From: Octopus vulgaris
Taxonomy: Eukaryota
Assembly: GCA_951406725.2 (NCBI GenBank)
Contig: OX597817.1
Span: 165,416,001 to 165,480,000, forward strand
Direction of reading: 5' to 3'
DNA length: 64,000 bases
Of this stretch, positions 53,353-64,000 are shown piece by piece (the first letter of the stretch is position 1; every line of letters begins with the position of its first letter). The notes under the pieces are model-generated. The model searched no databases and was not told where the DNA came from. It saw nothing but the letters and a program-made list of their open reading frames with translations. A program made the translations under genes and the position numbers.

Positions 53353-55732
53353 AATTAGAGTGCAGAAGGCTCATTTTTGCCATTCCAGACACAGAGATTC
53401 TTCAATTTAGGGAATCATTTAAGACTTGGTCTCAAAATTTCGTCGCGCTGCCTGTAACCTGTTCACGGACACAGCCGTGGTATTAGATCAAATCACTTGC
53501 AAAACAAGTCAGCTCCAAAATATGTGGTATATGTGTATGTGTGTATGTATGTATGTATGTATGTATGTATGTATGTATGTATGTATGTATGCATGTATGT
53601 ATGTATGTATGTATGTATGTATGTATGTATGTATGTATGTATGTATGTGTGTGTGTGCACGCGTGTGTGTGTGATGTATAAATGACTTTCTGTATATGTG
53701 TATATGTCTATTTGCGTATACATGAGGTTGAGCAAGGGACAATATTTGAATGTATATATTTCCAAGAACTTCCCACTGAATAGTGACAATATATTCGCAT
53801 ATATAATTTAATTTATAGATTTGGAATTTTAACAGAAATCAACATGAGTATAAACTTATCAGATTTATAATCTTGAACTCTACCAGGATATTACATGCAG
53901 CAGATAGTATTTTTCAAATCTGAAATTTTGTTTTACATATTCAATATTTTATTTCTTTGCACGTTGCAGAGTATAAATCTAGTAACATTTGTTACAATTA
54001 AGACATTATATTTAAAATTTAAATCTAGATTTTAAGCAATAAGTATTGACTGCTACATGCCCTTCATTAAGACGTAGATTTGTCGCAGCATCTATCGGAT
54101 TTCCTAATCTCTATTTAATAAGAAGTGGTAAAACTATCAAAATACAAGGACCTTGAAATTGAAGTATTCAAGATGTGGAGCCTGAGTGTGACACACTAAT
54201 ACTAGTAATTGGAGAATTAGGCATCAATTTTAAAATATGAAAAGAAATAAAGAAACCATACCAGGTCTCACAGCACTACAACCTACCACAGAAAGAGCTC
54301 TGCTAAGAAGAGCCTACATCTGGCGCATGACACTATCAAGTCAAGAGTTACCGACTTTAAATGCACATACTACAAAATATACCGGACTTCAGGACACTAT
54401 TGGACTACACGCCAATCATGTAATTTCCCTCGTGTTTAACCGAGATTGCTAAGTGCGTCAATAAAACCACGGTCTTAGACAAGACTATTCATCACTTAGA
54501 CAAACCTTATCATTGTAGATCCTCTTAGTAATTTTATGTAGTATAGGAAAAGAAAGACTGACTAGCTCATCTATCTGTACCGACTGTGTGACTTTTATAC
54601 ACCACTGAAATTCCGACATCATCACCTGATGAATAAAATTTGTTTGCGTGCATAACATATCGTCTACGCTATTCTATCATACCCAGAACAAAGGCAAAAT
54701 AATTTGGTCCCCTGCTTAGACAATGACCAGTAATGATCATTCAGGATCTTATACTGTTGTGGCTGATGTCAGCATCATCATCATCATTAAGGCGAACTGA
54801 CGGAATAGTTACCGCGGCAGCCAAAATGCTTCGCGGCATTTCATTCATCGCCAACGATACACACGCGGTCACACTAATAATGATAATGATAATAATCTAT
54901 GTATGTGTGTGTATCTGTGTTTGTCCTCCCACGACCGATGCTGGTGTGTTTATGTTTCCCATAACTTAGCGGTTCGGCAAAAGAGATCGATATAATAAGT
55001 GCTAGGCTTACAAAGAATAAGTCTCGGGATCGATTTGTTTGACTGAAAACCCTTTAAAGCAGTGCTCCAGCATGGCTGCAGTCAAATGACTGAAGCAAAT
55101 AAAAAAAAAATAAAAGACTAGTTAAAATTATACAAACTAAGTGAAGTCTTACCTACCTAGGGCTAAACACCAATAATATCGAAAGTGCTAATGTTCTGAC
55201 ATTGTCACATCTGTCGAGATATAGCATAAATTAGATCTGGTCTAAGGTTTGCGAAACTGTAATTCAAGGAAGACAAGAGAGCAGCTAATTATTTCATGGG
55301 TTATTATAATTATACTAATTAGTCTGTAATTAATAGGCAGGGACGGGGGATTGCTACCAACCTTTAATATACATATATTTTTTAATGGTTGTCTGTCTTA
55401 ACAGGCGGAGCTCCAGGCGGCTGTTGTTGCTATCGCCAAGAAGATTGGATAGTATTACATACACAAAACATATGGTATGGAAATTCTTTTAATTGACATG
55501 TGCCTGACTTGGGATTGGATAAGGTGGAAGGGGAAATGTAGTGTGGTGTAAAGCTTCGTGAACGTGGTGGAGATAGGATGGTGGTGGAGTGGAGGCGACC
55601 AAAAGAAAAAAGGGAGACAATCGTGTAGCAGAGACAGAAAAAAGGGCAAGTGTGTTAGCGAAAGATAAGAGTATAGTCATAGAGTAAGTACGAAGACGTG
55701 CCGTAGCTCGTAGCGTTATGGTGACCGATTAC

Positions 55733-55808
<76 letters not shown>

Positions 55809-55922
55809 TTTATTTTCAGTGTGCGAGTGTTAGGGGAAACGTCATGGATATGCAGAATGATGGCGGATTATTTCCAAAGAAACATAGCAAGAGTTTGTGT
55901 GTGTATCAATGTGTGTGTGTGC

Positions 55923-55955
<33 letters not shown>

Positions 55956-56261
55956 TAAGAGAAGTAGCGGAGAGTGAAAGGGAGAGTGAATGCGATAAGG
56001 TATAATTGGGTTGTTGGGGAGTGAGTGATGAATGCATGCAGAGAAAAATACGCAAGAATAGGAAGGAAGTTTGAAAAGCTAATGGTGTTCATTGAAAAGA
56101 AGAAAGCGAATCATAATAGAGGAGGAGAGAGGGGGAGGGAGGATGGGGAGGAGGGAAGAGAATGATGTTTGTTAAAGCGAGAGAGACTATTGGGAGATTA
56201 TTATAAAGAAAGCAGATTTTGTTCGGAAAACATACTAAAGAAAGGAGAAATTACTGGGGAA

Positions 56262-56485
56262 AAGGCAATCGAAGGAGAGGGGCTATCTCCGTCCGGGTTG
56301 CGGATCCGTGGAATAAGCTGCCGGACGAGGTAGTGAAGATGCCGACGACCGCTCGGTTCAAAGTCTCTCTTGATCAGAAATGGCCTGAACTCTTTGCATG
56401 AACACCCTCCCTGTACATAACTCCATGTCCCCCTACATGGCCTTGCTTTTTGCTTTTTGAGCCAAAAAATTAACTAACTAACTAA
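56262..56485 (+). mobile_element. CR1-like LINE 3' end
   Basis: RRRGAISVRVADPWNKLPDEVVKMPTTARFKVSLD fits the RV..WN.LP..VV......FK..LD CR1 C-terminal motif; (taac)n tail. Confidence 0.8.
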
Positions 56486-58769
56486 GGAACAGATAGAGTA
56501 TCGGTAGAATAGTTTTTAAAAAAGGGGTAAAAGGTGAGGTGGTCCTTTAAGGAAAGAGGTCAGTGGAATTATATTTTAAAGAAGGAAGAAATTATCGGTT
56601 GTATTTAAGAAGACCACTTGTATGTTAAGGCTACCACTGCATTCTGTCTCCTCACGCCGGAGTCGATGTCTCATCAGGCGGTGAATCAGATCTCTAGCTG
56701 TTTCGGCCCTTTTCACTGCGACACCAGAGCTTCCTCGGAACGCCCACCGATATGGGTTATAAAATTCCTGCACAACGGCACGAGTTTTGTTGAGTCAGAT
56801 GCTGCGACTCTTGGTTAGATGCGTTTACTAACCTCAACGCTCTTTCGTACTGTATCACTAGTCCACTCTTTTAAGCCAGTTGTACTGGCTTGCATTCTGA
56901 ACGGCTTCCGTCGATTTTCTGCCAGCATTTTTTCTCTCCTTTTCTTTCTACTGATAATGATATATTTAAATGAAGCGACAGATATTCTTGAAGCAATTAT
57001 TTCATGTGGAATTAAATATATAATAAACAGAGAGTATAAGATCAACTATTTTAATATCACATCAATCCTCCTCAGGCGCAATATAACTGCAACTATTACA
57101 TTTTGTTATCAGATTTTTACACAATATCCAATTCTCCTTTTTCTCTCATATATATGTATGGATTTATGTATGCATGCATGCATGCATACATGTATGTATG
57201 CGCATGTGTGTGTGTTTGTGTGATGATCACTCACTCGTTACCAAGGAAAACTGTTTCAGATCATTGAGAACATTGTGCACTGAAGCAGCAATGTCCGTAC
57301 AAAATCTCAATGTCTGTGCCAAATTTTAGGTCCAATAAATCCTTCTCTTAGAAACATTATTTAACAAAAGCTAAGTCGTGCCTCATTCCCAGTGATCTTC
57401 CAGCCAGTCAGACACCGACCCGGAATTTCTGAGCGTCTGTGCTATTTGCTAGATAGGCGTTGTATACACTGGGTTCATTCGCCCTTTTCCTAGGTCTTGT
57501 TTTTAGTCCTGCTGGGTTTTCAGTAACCCTCCTCATAAGACTAGCTTGATGGGTGGGGGATGTCTGTTTAGTTGCCAACAACTCGGCCATGCAACAGGTT
57601 GTACTGGATTCTGTATTGCCTGTAGCACTCATGAGAAACATCAGGTGACCAGAGAGAGAGAGAGGAAGTGAGAGAGAGAGGGAGAGAGAGAGACATTTGC
57701 ATATGCACGCGCACACAAACACACACAAACTCACATATCTATGTATATACGTATGTCTGCATATATTCGTGTATTTCTATAATATTAGTCCTTGCAAATT
57801 AGCAAATTATCTTCATTGAGGATACGACCGCTGATCTTCTGTCAAGGTCACTAAAATATAACCACTACACATATAAAAGCAGGAATTCGAAGATCATATT
57901 TCCTGATCTCTCATGATACCAGCACATAATAATCATGGCTAAATCTGTCTCTCTGTGTTGAGACTGTCCCTTGAGATATAGAAATACTTCAACTATTGTT
58001 AATTGCTGATCAAGTACACATTACAGCACTAATGTTAGTACTAGAAATTTCTGAAAAGTAACACCAACTTTCTCAAAGCCGACATAAGCATATTGTTTCT
58101 TTTCTGTGGTGTTTCTACCACTCCTTCAAAAGTTTCTCCTGCTTTGGATTAGTAAATTGTACGTAATATCCTTTCTCACCTCTGTTTTATTAATGTTTCT
58201 CTCCTCAGTCACATTGCTTAATATTTATTTATCAAAGATCTACAACTTATAGGTGCAGGAGTGGTTGTGTGGTAAGTAGCTTACTTACCAACCACATGGT
58301 TCCGGGTTCAGCATAACAAATATATAAAAAAGACACGACAGACTAATCGACAGAAACGAAGCAAAACCTACTGAACAAACCCACGCCGAGAAATATAAAA
58401 GAGGAGAAGTACCGAGTAATCCGTGTTCACGCCTAAGAATGATTGTGGAATGAAACTCTTGTCAGAAGAAAGTAAATTAATTTACCAAAAATTGTATATT
58501 CTACATATATTAATAGTTATCGCCAAGCTAATATGGCAGTCCAGAAATATAGGACGAATGCTGCCGTTGGTTAGCTCCAAGAGGCCATCGCCTCTAGCTA
58601 GCTATGTGACACACGAACCTATGTCCATTATAACCTTCGAACAGGGAAGGTCAGCCGCTTTGCTGGTCAGGCATCTGCAGACTAGTTTCAGGCTATTTGC
58701 CCCTTATCAATGAAGAGCAGCCGAACCCAGCTACAATTTGTATTAAGCACTGATTTGTTATTCACCTAT

Positions 58770-58814
<45 letters not shown>

Positions 58815-58874
58815 CATGTGTGTGAATGCGCGTGCATGTGTGTGCGTCGTATGCGTGTGTATGTATGTGTAAAT

Positions 58875-59093
58875 GTATTTCTTTACTACCCACAAGGGGC
58901 CAAACATAGAGGGGACAAACAAGGACAGACAAAGGGATTAAGTCGATTACATCGACCCAGTGCGAAACTGGCTCTTAATTTATCGACCCCGAAAGGATGA
59001 AAGGCAAAGTCTACCTTGGCGGAATTTTGAACTCAGAACGTAACGACAGACGAAATACCGCTAAGCATTTCGCCCGGCGCGCTAACGTTTCTG
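58875..59093 (-). mobile_element. SINE B
   Basis: Homology to B consensus. Confidence 0.9.
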
Positions 59094-59118
59094 CATGTGT
59101 ACATGTAGGATACATATA

Positions 59119-59160
<42 letters not shown>

Positions 59161-59430
59161 GGTATATGTGTATGGGTGTATATATAGTTTATTATATTAT
59201 TATTATTTTTTTGTTTTGTTTTATATTTTATATTTTATATTTTATATTTTATATTTTATATTTAATTGTTGATAGGTTTATTTTAGTTTATATATTGTTT
59301 ATATATTGATTATATATGGATTATATATAGGTTATATATGGATTATATATTTATATTTTTTCATTCATACTTTAATTGTTTTAAAATTATTATTTGTATA
59401 TTTTAAAATATTGATATTTTAGATTGAAGT

Positions 59431-59473
59431 CCACCTGAAGATTGTCGATCAAGACAAGAAACGATTGTAGTGG
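59431..59473 (+). ncRNA. Minimal type-I hammerhead ribozyme motif (43 nt)
   Basis: ccac-CTGAAGA-ttgtc-gatcaa-gacaa-GAAAC-gatt-GTA-gtgg; perfect stems I and II, intact core; AT-rich island between (TA)n tracts. Confidence 0.85.
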
Positions 59474-59560
59474 CGGTTTTTTTGACTATTTATTAAAATT
59501 TTATGTATTGATTAAGTCTTTCCTTGTTTGTTTTGCAAAATAGTGGTTTTGTCTCTAATA

Positions 59561-59603
<43 letters not shown>

Positions 59604-60158
59604 AGATAGACTAACGGACCGAAAGTGAGAGCGAGAAAAAGAGAGAGAATTCAGACTTTATAAAGTGTCAAATTTAGCACAATATTTAAATCGTTATTAT
59701 ACCCTATACTAAGCATTCGTGTAGATTTACATGCGCACGTGGTGTTTATAAAAATGCGTAACATATATATTGCACAAATAATTTCTACTAGAATTCGTAT
59801 GCCAATAATATTGCAATTAAACGAGAATGTGCGGAAGAAACCTAAGGCGGAGTTAGCAATTGAAACCATGTGTTAGTGAGAGTAAACATTGGTTTCAAAT
59901 TTTGACACAAGGCCAGCAATTTCGGGGTATGGGTAAGTCGATTATATCCACCCCAGTGCACAACTGGTGCTTATTTCATCTTATTTTATCGACCGCGAAA
60001 GGAAGAAAGACAAAGTCGACCCCGTTGGAATTTGAACTCAGAACTCACAACGGATGAAATGCCGTGAAGCATTTTACCCACCGTGCTGGCGAATCTACCA
60101 GCTTGCCGCGCTTTAGTGTGCGTAAATAATTAAAAAGTCCTTTGCGTATGTACAAACA

Positions 60159-60220
<62 letters not shown>

Positions 60221-60785
60221 CACACAAACACACACGCAGACGCACACAGAAACGCACACATACGCTCATACACACAGAGCTGCCTATTGGGCAGTTGAAG
60301 GGGGAAGGAGAAAGGGACCATATACCGGTGAAGATATGGCAAGGGACTAGGTGAGATGTGTTAATGGAGTTGGGTGTCACCTGAAATGAAGTGTGCTGTT
60401 TGGCACAGAATGGTACCACTCGAAGAACCCATTTCGCCTGACAAACTTTGAGCGAACAAAGATAACATCATATATATATATGAAGTAGTAGCACACGAAG
60501 TACCATTATTTGCTGGAAATAGCAGTGGGTAACCGGTCGGCACTAGGTAAAGCTTCACTGAATGTATAAGGGCAAAGATGTGTGCGGGCGGAGAATATAA
60601 AAAAATTGCATTACCTCTAGGTAGAAGGCTAGAGCAATGGATAACTTAATACTCTAGTTTCAAACTTCTCAGAATACGTGTATAAATGTAAATCTGATTG
60701 GGTCTCTTCAGTTAGGTCTACCAGGAATGAATAAATTTAAAATATTCGCTACATCAATGACTCGGCCGATAGTCCCAGCTATAAT

Positions 60786-60930
<145 letters not shown>

Positions 60931-61049
60931 TCGGAAATGTGTGCTTTATATGCTTAAAAGCAACCAGCATTAACTAAATAAAATCTTTCTAAAAAGATAA
61001 ATGTTCAAATGTAGTGTTGAATATTATTTATAATAATTTTATTAATAGT

Positions 61050-61602
61050 AAGGCGGCGAGCTGGTAAAGACGTTAGCGCGCCGTGCAAAACGTTTAGCAG
61101 TATTTCGTCTGTTCAAATTCCGCCGAGGTCGACTTTGCCTTTCATCCTTTCGGGGTCGATAAATTAAGTGCCAGTTGCGTACTGGGATCGATCTAATCGA
61201 CTCCCCGAAAACATGGGGCCTTGTTCCTAGAGTAGAAATGAATAATTTCATTGATAGTGATTTCGAAATTTCGTCCATAGTGTAGTTTATTCAACCTGAG
61301 ATTTATCAGTAAATGTTGAAACTTCAACTAAGTAACGGGAACATAAACACACCAGCATCGGTTGTCAAGCAATGCTAGGGGGACAAACACAGACACACAA
61401 ACACACACACACACGCATATATATATATACATATATACGACGGGCTTTTTCAGTTTTCGTCTACCAAATCCACTGACAAGGTTTTGGTCAGCCCGAGGCT
61501 ATAGTAGAAGACACTTACCCAAGGTGCCACGCAGTGGGACTGAACCCGGAACTATGTGGTTGGTAAGCAAGCTACTTACCACACAGTCACTCCTGCGCCT
61601 AT
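61050..61602. mobile_element. SINE B (+, 61050-61240) and SINE A (-, 61330-61602)
   Basis: Homology to consensus copies. Confidence 0.9.
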
Positions 61603-62024
61603 ATATATGATATCTAATTATCTTTCTCTCTATATATATAATTATTTGGGGGGGAACGGTGCATCTCGAAGCAGATAAAGCTATAAATAATAGTTTGTAA
61701 AAGTTGGGTTAAAAAACCCTTGGACAGAAAAAGTCGAAGATAGTGTAATGAACTCGAACCCACATCCTCTGTAAACAACATAGAGAGATAGATAAATAGG
61801 TGTGTTTGTGTATATAAGAGAGAGAGAATCTGTTTCAGTAATTGGTTGGGAGTTTATTTATCGACCTCGAAAGCTAAAATTACTTGAACGCTATTTGAAC
61901 TCACTGCATAAACACACATACGTATACCTAAGTATGAACTTATGTAAGCACATGTATTTTGTGTGTGTATATAAATACAAGTATCGACAGAAAACAAGAG
62001 GTTAATAGGCCGATGAATCTATAT

Positions 62025-62604
62025 TCTTTTCTACTCTAAGCATAAGGCCTGAAATTGTGAGGGAAGGGGCAACTCGATTAGATCGACTCCAGTACGCAAC
62101 TGGTACTTAATTTATCGACCCCGAAATGATGAAATGCTAAGTCGACCTCGGCGGAATTTGAAATCTGAACGTAAAGACAGACGAAACACCTATTTCTTTA
62201 CTACCCACAAGGGGCTAAACACAGGGGGAACAAACAAGGACAGACAAACGGATTAAGTCGATTACATCGACCCAGTGCGTAACTGGTACTTATTTAAATC
62301 GATCCCGAAAGGATGAAAGGCAAAGTCGACCTCGGTGGAATTTGAAATCTGAACGTAAAGACAGACGAAATACCTATTTCTTTATTACCCACAAGGGGCT
62401 AAACATAGAGACAAACATGGACAGACATAGGTATTAAGTCGATTATATCGACCCCAGTGCTTAACTGGTACTTAATTTATCGACCTCGAAAGGATGAAAG
62501 GCAAAGTCGACCTCGGCGGAATTTGAACTCAGAACGTTACGGCAGACGAAATACCGCTAAGCATTTCGCCCGACGTTCTAACGATTCTGCCAGCTCGCCG
62601 CCTT
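62025..62604 (-). mobile_element. SINE B with three tandem cores and a terminal alternative tail
   Basis: Same architecture as 38395-39530. Confidence 0.93.
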
Positions 62605-63943
62605 CGGTAAATTCATATTACTGATGTATAAACTGCTCGCTGTAAAATTTCTTTAAGAACATATAACATACTGTTGTGTGTGTTTATTGAGCGAAAAAAA
62701 CACCTAAAAGCTCCACGAGGCTCCGGCAGGAGGTGGTGATCCCTGCTGTACTCTTTCACCACTCTAAAGGTGGTGCTCTAGCATGGCCGCAGTCAAATGA
62801 CTGAAACAAGTACCAAAAAAAAAAAAAAAAAAAAAATACTCCAATGATTCAAATATTCAGCTCCATTATATTAGGTTTCTTAATACGTCGTAGCGGATTA
62901 GATTTTCGGGCAACGTTATATTAGACCGGCAGTAATTAACAAGACTCATGAGTAAGTTAGTCCCTAGGGTGTTTTAACTTGGTAACGGAAATCACATGAT
63001 GTATGTCTTAAAATGTTACTGAATCCAGTGTGTGTAAAATTTGTAGGTTTCGGTATATGTTTAACGGAACTTTAAGGTTGTCATGAGTTAAAATACGTAA
63101 ATAATTGCTTCCTTGTGGCATCAATAATTAAACTCATTGAGGGCGGTTGGTTGTGGATATGAAAACTCGTTAGAGCGTCGGAAAAAATGTCATGTGATGC
63201 TTCTTACTTACGGTCTCTCACGTTCTGAGTTCAAATCGTACCGAATTCAACTTTAGTTTCCATGGTTTATTTATGTATTTTATTTATTTTTTTTTACTTG
63301 TTTCAGTCTTTGGATTGCTGCCATGCTTGGGGGAACTACCTTGAAGGTTTTCTTTCTATTTTTTTTTTTTTTTTTTTTTTGAGCAAATCGAAGCCAGTAC
63401 TTACTTTATTTTCAGCCTGCTATTTTAATTTTTTTAATTTTTTTTTTAATTTTGCTGAAGTGCAAAACTTACGGGAACATAAACAAACCAATACCGGGTG
63501 TCAGGTGGACAAATATTTACACTCACGCATACACGCACACACACACGCACACACACACATGCGGTTGGCAACGAGAATTGTCTGCCATTGGCACCGGAAC
63601 TGCCAGATCACGTGATTTCGACGTACTCTGATTTCGACGTTGATCACTGAGTAAATTGATTACATCAACTTACTACCTCCCCCGAAATTGCTGGCTTTGT
63701 GCTAAAATCTGAGACCAGCATTTACTGCGGATTTCATCTGAAGGGAAAGGAGTCGATCAATTATAAATTGCTACTCGTATCCCTAAACAATACGAAAACT
63801 GATTTGCAGCCGAAACATGTGTAGAAATTAAAGGAGATCCACAAATGGTATTTATTCTTACTGCTTGTAATCCCATTTCAGGATAAGTTAAATTCAATTC
63901 TCCAACGAATAGTCAGCTTCTACTATGCTTCTACTTCTCATTA

Positions 63944-64000
63944 TGAAGGCGCCTGGCTTAGTGGTTAGGACATTCGGCTCACTATTGTAAGGACGTGAGC
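63944..64000 (+). mobile_element. D-type SINE head cut by the window edge
   Basis: tgaaggcgcctggcttagtggttagg matches the heads at 41984(-) and 50406(+). Confidence 0.8.

Noticed and set aside
54237-54452. LQPTTERALLRRAYIWR, reminiscent of LPPT...RA...W motifs in transposon-derived proteins
   Set aside because: Too short and degenerate to assign without a search
56630-56735. CTGATGA and GAAAC boxes on the minus strand
   Set aside because: No consistent stems link them into a hammerhead topology

Overview
A 64-kb, AT-rich eukaryotic window made almost entirely of repeats, with one 100-N gap. The SINE repertoire and the density of (TA)n, (TACA)n, (TATC)n and (AAT)n tracts point to a coleoid cephalopod, most likely Octopus (inference). 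No complete protein-coding gene is supportable, and nearly all listed ORFs are microsatellite or SINE translations. Contents: four recurring tRNA-headed SINE types (my labels A-D) with swapped modules; 3' fragments of RTE-like and CR1/L2-like LINEs, two sharing tails with SINEs in the window; a restriction-like-endonuclease non-LTR fragment between two giant (TACA)n arrays; decayed Tc1/mariner, pogo/Tc2, hAT, Helitron and possibly piggyBac elements; an intact-looking tRNA-Asp(GTC); an orphan 5S rRNA copy; and one candidate signal-peptide exon. The most notable signal is a recurring set of minimal type-I hammerhead ribozyme motifs, several in inverted repeats and (TA)n tracts, consistent with Penelope-like/retrozyme elements. 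One is a TSD-bounded composite of tRNA head, (AAT)n spacer and hammerhead. All calls were made by eye, and the edges of decayed elements are approximate.
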